DNA of 64,000 bases from Euglena gracilis (Eukaryota): assembly GCA_039621445.1 (NCBI GenBank), contig CP154954.1:14805667-14869666 (forward strand). Direction: 5' to 3'. The notes beneath the pieces are model-generated. The model had not been told where the DNA came from. It did not search any database and saw only the letters and a program-made list of their open reading frames with translations. Each line of letters begins with the position of its first letter. Position 1 is the stretch's first letter. This document shows, one piece after another, positions 22,811 to 33,839 of the stretch. Made by a program: the position numbers and the translations under genes.

Positions 22811-24359
22811 GAGGCCCAAAAAGATTGTCTTGGGCAATTTTTTTTCGATTCTTTTCGACATTTTGGACCTGGAGTTTTATTCAACTTTTTTGACCCGGAA
22901 ATGACCCAAGATGCTGGGAAGCTGGCGGGTCGAAAAGCGTTCATTTACCCCTGGAAAACAGCTTTTTGGCCAATAAACATGGCTCTGGGCAAAAAAAGAA
23001 TTTTTCCGTTCGCTGCTTTTTTTTTAAGCCCCGAAATGGCCGAAAACGAAGGAACCCTGCCACGCTGTTTTGGGCCGTAAGTTGGTCATATCTCGCGCTA
23101 GGTGGGGATTTATGGGGAAGTCAAAATATCATTAGATAAAGCGTTCCAAGGGCTTCAATTTAGGTCTCCGGATATTTCCTTTGATTTTGCTTCATTTCCA
23201 AGATATTTTTGAAACCTCGATATTTCGGCCCCGAAAACAGCCCAAGATGGCCCCAGAAACAGGCAAAATTGGCCGGAAAATGGCTGTAATTTGGGCTGCA
23301 CGAATAGTTTGGGTTCAGTAAAACATTGTTGGATAGGGCATTCGAGGGCGTCATTTCTGGACTGTGGACATTTTCTTTTGTTTTTCTTGATGTATTTCGA
23401 AGGAAAATCGGTTTTTTTGACCGAAATTCGACCCCAAAAAAAAAACTCAGGCGGGACATCTCGCACTTGAGATTTTTTTCTTTGTTGATGTGCACAATTG
23501 CGCACATTGACATCTTTCAGACATCTTTTATGAAAATGACATGATATAACCCCTAAAAACCGAAAATGTGAACAAGATGTGATGGGGTGCCCCAAGACGC
23601 GGAGGTGAAAACAGGGATTTTAGTCGAGAGGATGCCCAAGAGCAGGCATCACTGTGCTCCCCAGGTGGAAATGGTCTTTTTTTTTCTTTGCCTAGTTTTG
23701 TTCCATTAAAAAGTTCCAAATATATGCAAAACGGGCAGTTTTGGCAGGTTTTGGGGGGGGGTCAAATAAAAAAATTCCGGTGCTTCGAGCCGGTCACTTG
23801 TAACAAAACCACCACCAACCTGCAAGCGGACCCCCCTGGGCCCAAGCCAAATTTGGTTTCTGGTGGCTTGCAAAATGGCTAGCTAGTGGATCCAGCAGGG
23901 ATAGATGGGAAGTCCTTCAGCTTTGAGTAGGTGGTGGGAGGGTCCAGACCTTCCTGGGGGTGGCGTGCCACCCCCCAGATGTTGGGAGGGAGTGGCCAGA
24001 CCCCGCCCCCCATCCTTGGCTGGTTTCAAAAGTAGCGAAAAATTTTCCTCCGGTGCTGCGCCCAAAGACAGCCCAGCAAGACATGAGGGCCAGTTGGGGG
24101 AGATTGGGGGACCCGCACCTCGGACCTCCCAGGAGAGAGGGGTCCAGTTAGTAGCTTTTCCAGTGGCGATTTTTCAGACCGCCCGATTATTAGAGTTCCT
24201 CATTTTTCATTACAAATCGTCCCATCATGCTGTTTTTTTTTTTGGTACTGGCACTCGATTCGCCGCCCCTGGTTCTGAACCTTTGCAATCTGACCAAGTT
24301 TTACAATAATCATTTTTTGTTCCGTCCTAGTTAGTTTGTATGTTATAGTAAGACAATAT

Positions 24360-27300
24360 TTTCCTTCCCACCTCACTCGTTGCACTGCAACCACTTTGAC
24401 GATGCCGTGTCTTTGCCTGTGGTGACAGAAGGTGCTTTGTTTGCAGGTGTCTGTGCAGTGTCCACTGAACTGCACTGCAAGAGTGTGAAATTTGTTGTTT
24501 TTTTTTGCTTTTTTTTCTTGTTTTACTCCCTGTTTGTGTTTTGAGGCACTTACCCCCCCCCCCCCATTGTGTTATGAACCCCTGAACAGGGGGGGTCCGA
24601 ACCTTCCAGTTTGTCAGCTTTCATAGCACAGAAAAAGCCCATACACCCGCGCTCAAAGAATTTACCCAATTCGGACTCTCCAGATTTCATTTTGGTGTCT
24701 AATCAGCTTGGGGGGGGGGGATACATGAAATGAAAATTAACCTGTGTTTTATGGATTCCAGACCATTTCACATTCCCTCATTGGAAAGTGGTCAACCAAC
24801 GATGGTGGGTCATGAATTGTCACTGCGTGACAGGACAAGGTATCGGAATATTGGCACAAGGCTGGCCCCTTTCCAACCCATTTGGAACCATGCAACGTGC
24901 TGTAGCGTCCCCCAATGGCTGCATCATTCATTGAACACTATTATTATGCTCCTGCAACTTTGTATTTTGGTGGGATTTCAAGACCCTCAAGGGGGGGGGG
25001 GCTTTACAGAATTTACAAGTTTCGGGGGGGAAGTCAAGCTTATCTGGGTGACCTATGCAAGATTTGCTGCGTATTCCTATTTTCCTCAATAACGTGCATT
25101 TTTCTGTCGGAAACGGACGTTCTCTGATGAAAATGCTGTATCCACTCGAAATTTTTTCTACTTTCTTCTGGAGGGCTCCATTGAGGGGCTTCGTGTTTTT
25201 TTGGGGTATTTTGGGGGTTTTGCAATATTTTTGTGTACGACTTCCTGAATTTCTGGGACAAAGAGGGGGTTGGCTTTCAGAATTTGAAAGTAGCAAGTTT
25301 GACTGATTCAGCCTGCGTCCATCAACCAATCGCCCCGCTGGCACCTAATTGTACAGCTTCCCACGCTATCCCCTGCTTCGAGCCCAGGCTTCTGCAGTTG
25401 CGCTGAAATGCTAAATTGGTGTAAGGAGAGAATGGGGGGCAAGCGCCTGGGGGTGGTGGGGAGCTCCCCTCACCATGTTCAAAAACTACGGCATGCGCGC
25501 AGAATCGGCACATTACGCACGCCGGGGGGGGGGGGGCGCAAGCGCCGGGGTGAGTGGAATCCAGACCAAAGCTCGGTGTGCTTCGGAGAAAAGAACCGGA
25601 AGCCTTTTTTTCCGCAGAAGTCTCTCCCCATTCCTTTTGGGAGTCGCGCCATGGAAGCCGTGCGGCAAGCTTGCCACCATTGAGGTGTTGAAGTGGCGCA
25701 AGTCGAGCCCCGCTTCATCTTGCAGCCCCGAAGCTGGTTGTTGCTGGCCCAGGGTGAGGTCCCCTGGGCCCAAGAAAACGTTTGGTGGTGCTTTGCTGAT
25801 TCTTTGGCACAATGCAGTCACCCTCGCCTACGCACCCAATGACCAAGCTACCTCTCTGCATTTGAGCATTGAAATGGTAACCAATACCGCTGACGTTATT
25901 GTTTGCTTCGGGGGGCACACCTGTTGCAATCTGAAGTGTGCCACTGGCTGAATGACTCTCCTTCCCAGCCTGCCATAGGGTGGACTCTGGCCTGAATCGC
26001 CCCTGACCGCCTTTAATTTGACCTCCCTGAACCATCAAATGTGCTGATGAGCTACCGCAGGTAGGAAGTTTCGCAGGCGAATTTCCGTGATTCCAGCAAT
26101 GATTGTTTTGATTGTTTTGTTCTTGTTCCAATTATCGGGAAGTCGTCAGCTGAATATGAAACAAACATTTCCGCCTGGCCATGCAAAAGATAACTGCAAG
26201 CAAAAGAGCGATATAAAGAAAATCTCAGTAATTCAAACAGAGCCGCCATGGATGCCTTTCAAACCGACGGGGAAAATGATAATGTGTGTGAGTATTAAGT
26301 GTTTTCTTGAGGAACCCAAAGTCCGGCTGCCAAGGTGCTGGCTGGACCCTCTTTTTCAGCTGAAAAGTTAAGGTAATAGCACCCGCCCTCAAAACACCCG
26401 CTCTTCACCGGCTTTTTTATATATACCAAATTTCATTTATTTGCATCCAAAACAGATACCCCAGCCCACCTTCGCCCTGGGACCTCTCCCACCCTCTCCC
26501 ACCCCCCCCCCCCGTCACCCTCACTCTCCGCCTGTTTTTTGATTGCATTTGCATTTGGATCTTTTGTTTCCCACCTGAGTTGGTCTGAAATGTCTGCTTG
26601 TCTTCCCTTCTCCTCCGTCCGCCATGGGGCCCACACAGTCAGACGCCCCCCAGTCTAGTGCGGTGCCCCGAGGCGCCGTCCCCTCACTCGCCACCGCACG
26701 TGTGCCGCATTCTGCCTCGGTCGCCTCCATTCCCAGGGTGGGATGGGCAGCTGGTTTGCCCAGGCGTGGGGATGCCATTTTCCAGAAAGGGACCATGGAA
26801 GCTGAGGATGGGGGAGCACCGGAGCTCCCCCAGGTTTTCACCTCGCATTTTGCTTTTTGACACGAAGATCAGGCTGTATTGTCGGGTGACGACCCCACCC
26901 AGGGGGGTGCCTGTCTGGGCACTCCAAGGCACCCCAAATCTGACCTGAGTTTTGAAGGCTTTTCCAAAGTTTCCAATGCCCCCCACCGGGATCTGTGAAA
27001 ACTGTCGGGGCGCCAGCAAAACTTTGTTGTGTTTCACTTTTTAAAATAAAAATGTTTAAGCCGTTCGCTTTTGGCGTCCCATGCTTTGCTGGCGCTGCCG
27101 GCCCACCCTGGCGGTCTCTCCCTCCCGCCGTTGTGCCTCTGCCACTTGGCCGGGACGCTCCCCCCTCCGGTCTGCACCGCCAGCAAGCTCCTACAGTAAA
27201 AATGGCCGAAAATGAAAAAAAAGTTTCTTTGGTGGATTCCGGTTGAAGTTGATCTACTCTCAGAAAAAGAAGCTTATTCCCAAAGCCTTGCATTTGCATA

Positions 27301-27610
27301 TTGTAACAAAAACTCTTTGAATATTTTTAATCCCTGAGCACCAAACGTGCTTGGATGTGTTTACATGATTGATCAAATGCATTGTTGGCATGCAGGGATT
27401 TAAAGGTAACTTTACCCCCACCTACAGGAAAAAATCGCCGAAAATGGCCGAAAATGGCAAAATTCTGGAGTCAACTGTAGGTGCTTTACCTGACTGCACC
27501 TCCAGCATGCCGGGCCTTCCACGCGCGCTCAGCCACCGCGAGGTGCTCACTCTCAGGTGGCAAAAGGACCGTTCCTCCCCTGTGGAAAGCCACGCAAGAC
27601 AACAACAAGA
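24360..27610 (+). pseudogene. Disrupted multi-segment gene, paralog block A (unknown product; copy 2 at ~59480-62680)
   Basis: Segments are conserved with block B and differ mostly at synonymous sites: HSLHCNHFDDAVSLPVVTEGALFAG (~24375), KSLPIP.GVAPWKPCGKLATIEV...KKTFGGALLILWHNAV...TADVIVCFGGHTCCNLKCAT (25618-25948), IQTEPPW (~26231), AIFQKGTMEAED (~26773), ICENCRGASKTLLCF (~26991). In-frame stops (e.g. LTSLNHQMC**) and frameshifts are present. Confidence 0.6.
27184..27487. mobile_element. MITE-like insertion with 14-bp TIRs (copy 2 at 62275-62562)
   Basis: Termini CAAGCTCCTACAGT ... ACTGTAGGTGCTT[T/G]. The paralogous site at ~35080 is uninterrupted. No TSD seen. Confidence 0.78.
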
Positions 27611-28779
27611 AGTGGGTGGTTGGTGTGTGCAATTGCACACGTCAACCATTCAAATGTTCAGAAACGTTGACCCAGTGTGTTCCACAATTTCAGGACTGAA
27701 GAACTGCATTTTTATGCTCAGTTCTTCAGGATGAAACCTGGAAATGTTGTGTACGTATGTTGCATACGTTTGTAAAAATGACATAACCATTTGTACAATG
27801 TACAAACTCATCATTTTTGGCTGGCGCATCCACTGTTCACAATTGCACAAACGGTTGGTGTGCTCATTTGCGTTCACCAAATCGTTCAGTCAATATCCCA
27901 GGTTAATGAGACAACCATTGCAGGTTTCTAAACACACCTGCTGGATGTTGGTGTACGTTTTGACTAAAAATATAGGAAAACGCGATTTTTGGGCCTTTTT
28001 CAAGTCCCAAAATTTTCCCGCACATTTTTTCCCCCAGGAGCATTTTTGCCCCCAGGAGAGAATCCAACCTCCCCCCTCTGGAGGTGTCCAAACCACCCTG
28101 CCTACTAATTTCATAACCTGGTCGAACCCCCCCCCCTGGTCAGAAACAAAAATAAATGTTTCTGCGACCGCCTCCCTGGTCACAGACGAACATTCATGGT
28201 CGTTGAACAGGAGGGATGGGAAGTTGTTGCGGGTTGAGAAAACGTCGAGATCTGGACGATGATGAACAATGCAACCAATTCCTAGTGATCACGCTTCTTC
28301 ATGAGTTTTCACAGTTCAACCCTGGGGGGGGGACTGCAGCTAGTCCAAATTTCCCACGAGGGCGGTCCGCAGGTTGTTGGTGGTTTTGATACAAGACTGA
28401 AGAAAATTTTTATTTGACCCCCCAAAATCAAAATTTGCCAAAAATGACCGTTTTGCAATTTTTGGAATATTTCTTGAAAGAATACCAGCCAAGAAACGAA
28501 CTCACCAAAAACCCATTTCCATTGTGTGTGTGTGTATGTGCGCACGTGTTTATGGTTGTGTGCAAATTGTCCCATCATGCTGGCTTTTCATATTGGCATT
28601 CGAATTCACTCCACTGGTCCTGGACTTTTGCACCTGCAATCTGACCCAGGTTGCCAGAAAACATTTTGTTCCACCCTATTTGTTATATGTGTTATAGCAG
28701 GAGAACGTTTCCTTCCTTCGTACCTCATTCGTTGCACTGCAGCCACTTTCACCGTTGTTTACAGGCATTCCTTTCTAAG

Positions 28780-29005
28780 ACACAACGTGTCATTGGTTGC
28801 CCCTGTCAGGAACACCCAAAACCTTGCTGTGTTTTGAACAGGGAGGTGTTTTCGTGTTGGTTCAGGTGAGGTGTCTCTCCCCTGAAGAACCCCCCAAGGC
28901 TTTTTGTCCCCCTCCTCCTTACATGCACGCCTCCCCCTTGGCACCTTGGACCCGTGTTTTAACATTCTGCCTTATTTTGCGCAAGGCCCAACAAAATCCT
29001 TAACA
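28780..29005 (+). repeat. Dispersed repeat; diverged inverted copy at 35870-36112
   Basis: GTGTCATTGGTTGCCCCTGTCAGGAACACCCAAAACCTTGCTGTGTTTTGAACAGGG...GGCCCAACAAAATCCTTA matches the reverse complement of 35870-36112. Confidence 0.75.
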
Positions 29006-29966
29006 ATACAGATTTGGCCGCTTAAGGTTCATCCCTGGCCCTCCCTTCATTTGTGCCCAGGCAAAGCGCCGGGTGGGGGGGGGAGGTTATGTGCAGAAAA
29101 CACTGCAATTTTGACAAGGGGGAATGCAAATTTTTACACTGCGATGGTTTACATTTTTTTGCAGAGTCCAAAATTGTAATAATTTAAAAAAAATTGCATA
29201 TTTTCGACTTTTTTTGGGGCACGCGACAAAATGAAGTTGCATAAACCATTTTTATAGCTCGGTATGCTTCGGGGTACAAAAAAAATCACAGGAAGCCTCA
29301 AGACCTCTGTTTCCGAAGAAGTCTCTCCCCATTCCTTTGGGAGCCGCAGCCCGGAAGCCGTGCGGCAAGCTTGCTACCATTGAGGTGTGGAAGCGGTGCG
29401 AACTGCAGGGAATTGTGCTCAGTAGTTGCCTGCATGGGCTGTTGACCATTGCTGCCTTTGCCTTTGGCTCTTGCTAACTTTTCTATGCCCAAAATTGGCA
29501 ACTTATTGAGCTTGACTATGGGTGCCTAAAATGGACAAATTTTGGGCCTGATTAATGGTGCTTGCCCGTGTGCCTTTTGGTCCACTCCTCTGCTGCCCAA
29601 AGTTCCCTGCAGATGCCCGTCAGTTGGTTTCGCAGGGTTTGTTTATGTCAAATAGTTTTCATCAAATGCACAGGAGTGCACTGAACCACGATATTATTTT
29701 CTCTTGGTCCCACCTTTGACGTTGGTCCATCCAACCAGAGGAAGTTGTGAGGTTCGTGTGCTCTGCTACATTTTTATACCTGCGGCATCTGTGTTTTTTT
29801 CCCCCAGTGGCACACTCCTCTTTAACAGTGACCGTTTCAGAGAATGCATGCATGCAGTGCAAATGTTTGCAGGAAAGCACTTATGAAATGACTGGGCACG
29901 ACTGGGCAAGACTGTTCGTGACTGGGCGTGACTGGGTTTGATGGCACTCATAGATAGGATTCCGTG

Positions 29967-30043
29967 CATAGACTCATTTAGTGACCCCAGGGGGTGCACT
30001 CCTTCCCTGGCCCAAACCACCCCCCCCCCCCCCCTTTTTTCAA

Positions 30044-30079
<36 letters not shown>

Positions 30080-30238
30080 GGTGGTCACCTACCCATCCAC
30101 CCACCCAGAATCCTGCCAAAATCGGCCGAAGAAGCTGAAAAGAATTTTCCGCACCGGCCTTACTGGTCCAAATTCTGCCCCATGGCGCACCCCACCCCCG
30201 TGGGGAAGGGTTCCAGAGGTTAAGGTAATCAATCTATG
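29967..30238. mobile_element. hAT-like MITE nested in an (ACTGGGCRTG)n-bearing element (~29888-30488)
   Basis: Ends CATAGACTCATTTA / TAATCAATCTATG; 8-bp flanks ATTCCGTG / GTTCCGTG (7/8). Confidence 0.68.
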
Positions 30239-33200
30239 GTTCCGTGACTGGGCATGACTGGACGTGATTGTAAATTTCGACCTCGTCAGGCCAGTTTTGG
30301 CCACAGTTAACCCTTCTTCTCCTTTTCTCTCCCTTTCTGTCCATCTTTGTATGTTTTTGAGTATTTTGGTCATTTTTTGCCACTTTTGGCCAGCTTTGAC
30401 CTTTTCTGTCACTGACATTTCTGTGTGTGGACTGGCTGTGAGTCAGCGTGACCGGGCATGACTGGGCGTGACTGAGCATGACTGGGTCTGGAATTCTGGA
30501 TGCCCAAAGGTGCTTGGTGGGGGATAAGTGCGAAAAAAGAAAGTTTTTTTGCTTGTGATCTAAAGTTTCATAATTTAGGACAATTTTTCCAGGAGGAAAC
30601 GTCAAAAAATCAAATGTCCACGAAAAAAAACGGAAGGGGAGTGACGGTGGTAAGTGGAGGAGGATGTGCTGGTTGGACACCCTGTCTGCTTCAGCTGAAG
30701 AAAAAAAAGAACACATATTGGGGCAAAAAAAAAATAACTGAGCGCTCAAAAAACCATCTTTTGACCATTTTTTGACCAGATTTCAATGGAATATTTCAGC
30801 GGACCCCCAGGAGGCAGGAGGGGTCCGAAGTTTGGCTGCCAGCTGCTCCACAAATTTGCCCCCACACTCCCCAACACCCCTGCACCCCCCACCCTCACAC
30901 AGCCTAAGTCTTTTTTTTCAGTCCACTCGCAGCTTCGCCTCGCAGCCCCACAGGGAGGCGTCCACAGGTGTTTGTACCAGGGTACTAGACCAGGGTGAGA
31001 TCCCCTCGGGCTCAAGAAAACGGTTGGTGGTGCATTGCTGATTTTTTGTGACCTAATGCCTCCAAGATGAACAAACACGAAAAAGATGGGAATCCATTTC
31101 GGCGCGAAGCACCGTAGTTTTTTTTTTCTTTTCATTCGTGGTTATTGATTGTCTATGCACCCCCATCCTTTCCAGGTCTTGTCAGGGGAAGTGTGCCGTG
31201 TACCGTGTCGATTTCGTTTTGCTGCAAAGAGCTATGAATCTAAACCTGGTCAATTTGGGCACCAGACGAGGTCACCGGAGGCAGAGGGTGACAATCCAAC
31301 CCCCGGTGACACATCTCAAAACAGGAAAGGGCTCGCCCAGTCCAGGGATGCAATTCCACCCAGGGTTTCACCATCCATAGGCCAGAGACGCCGATACCGC
31401 GGACGTTATTGTGTGCTTGGGGGGCACACCTCTTGCAATCTGAAGTGTGCCACTGAGTCCGGGTTATATCGGACCTTCTTTTATCCCCCAACCTTGACCG
31501 CTTTGCGGGGTAGCAGTGTGCTGGCTTGACCTCGCTGAACCATCAAATGTGCTGGAGGGAGCTACCCGTGGGACACTTCACAGGCAATTTTCCGCGACTC
31601 CTGTAATTTGGTTTGGGAGAATGACAAACATTGTGTGTTGCTCCGATTTTTTCCCTTCCGATTTCAGTGGTGTATGGACCGGACATTTCCACCTGACTAT
31701 GGACAAAGAAATTGCAAGCAAAAAAGCAACGTTATGAAAGTCTCGGAAATTCAAACAGAGCCGCCATGGAGGCTTTCAAACCCACGGGGACATGTACCTC
31801 CCCAATGCAACAACGTGGGAACGTGCCTTCCACCTTGGCGCCTGCCATTGCAGAAGCAGAGAAGCTTTCAGAGATATTGGATCTTGTCCACCCCCGGAAC
31901 TGTCTGTGTTGGGTGTGCCGCCCCATACCCCTGTGACATGCCCCCCCCCCCCCGGCGAAGGGCAGTGCTCTGCGAGGGGGACCTGATTTTTTAAACTATC
32001 TGACACGCATTTTCGAATAATTTCTGTTTTTTAATATTGTTTTCTATTTTCTGCTTTTTTCAATCTGGCAACTCCGTAGTTGGCAAAGTACAAGAACCCT
32101 AGAGCGGCTCATGCAACCTATTGAAAATGAACAAAGGAGCAAAATTACTGGAATACAACAGAACAGTCAACAAAAAATAACAACAACAACAAAAAACACA
32201 AACAAATTGTATTATGAGAAAGGGCTCAAGAAACCATGTAAATGTGACATAAATTGAAATAATCAAACAAGGTAAAGCAGAACAGAAATAAACAGAGCAG
32301 CATCTGGGAGCATAATTTGCGTGCATCTTCTTTGAATTTCTTCCCATACCCCAGTTTGTGGCCTGTCGGATGGTTCCACTTTCCGCTTTCAGGAATACCT
32401 CCAATTGTCTAGCACACTTGTTTTCTTCAGGTGCTGGCTGGACCCACAGCCCTTTTCCAGCTGAAAATTAAGGTTATCAAAACCCAAACACCCACCCTCA
32501 AAACACCCACTTTTGACCATTTTTGGACCGAATTTCTCCAATTTGCATCCCAAAAAAATCCCCCAGCCCACCAGTACCACGGGACCTCTCCCACCCGTCC
32601 CCCCGTAACTCTCACTCTCCACTCATTGTTTGAGGGCATTGAATTTTTTCGACCTTTCCCCCCCTGAATTGGTCAGAAATGCCCCCAAAGGAGTGGTGGG
32701 TTCTGCTTGTGTCTCCCCTTCTCAGGGTAGTATAGGAAGCTCCGCAGACATGAGGTAGATGGGGGACCCCTAGGGGGTCACCCCCCCTAGGGGGATCCCC
32801 CATCCCCCTTTCTAGTTTTGGAAGTGGGTCCCCCCCCCTCCTCTGCGGGGGCAAAATAAAAAATCGTCCGGCGCTTCGCGCCGGGGGTGTATTCTAGGAC
32901 CCACTTGAGGCTCAAAGTAATAATATGCACTCGATGGTGAGAATTTCCAGCTACCAAAACTGGAGATAGGAGGGGTGTTTGCCCCCCCTCCCCAGATTCC
33001 CAAACAAGCCTGCCCCTCCTTCTCCGGAAAATCGCCGCCGTGAGGTCACGCGGTCACACGCCTCCCAGTCACATCCCGTCACATGCCATTTTCCCTGAGG
33101 AGACCATGGAAGCTGAGGACCACCCTCGGTAAGTCTCGCGGATTTAGTCACCCCTTTTCACCCCAGGGTTTCACACTTTCTTTTTGACAATCAACAGAAA

Positions 33201-33448
33201 GATTCAGGGTCCTTTGGTAATGAAGGTGCCCATTGTTCTTTTTTCCCCATTGGGCCACAGAGACCCCCCCCGCCAGGCTTATGGTTGGGACAGTCCGTTG
33301 CGGTATATCATTTGCAGTTATAAGACGCTGTTCTTGAAACTCTTTCTTTGTGTTGGATATTTTATTTTTGTATCTCTTTGTTATGAGCATGTGTTGACTT
33401 TGAAAGTTTTGGTTAGAAATGATTCCGATTCAAATCTGACTTTGGGGC

Positions 33449-33839
33449 CAGGGTTTGATATAAGGAGGGCGTACATGGTTTAGGTGGGGGGTGTCCCCCC
33501 ACCCCCCCCCTTCCTGGCCCGCAGGGGGGGGGTCCGGACCACCCCCCCCACCTGCCAGGGGGGTCCGGATCGACCCTGGGGGGGTACCTGGGATCCCCCC
33601 AAAAAGGGTCAATTTTTACCTTCGGCGCTTTGCGCCGATTTTTTTTTGCTTTTTTGGCTGATTTTGGCCCAAAAAAGTGCCCAAAATGGCACTTTTGGTC
33701 GTTTTGGGGGGTCAAAAATTTTCGGCTGGCGCTTCGCGCCGGGCCGAAAATCGGTCAGTCGGGCCGCACCCCAGTTTAGGTAGGTGCAGGGGGGGTCCGG
33801 ACCACCCCCCCCCCCCACCTGTCCTTATATCGAACCCTG
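33449..33839. mobile_element. hAT-type MITE, 391 bp
   Basis: 18-bp TIR CAGGGTTTGATATAAGGA / TCCTTATATCGAACCCTG (17/18); perfect 8-bp TSD TTTGGGGC (33441-33448, 33840-33847). Confidence 0.93.

Noticed and set aside
26044-26090. Hammerhead-ribozyme-like CTGATGA-GCTACC-GCA-GGTAG-GAAG
   Set aside because: It has GAAG (GGAGG in copy 2) instead of CGAAA, no convincing stem I, and the paralog at ~31550 lacks the core. It lies in a coding-like segment.
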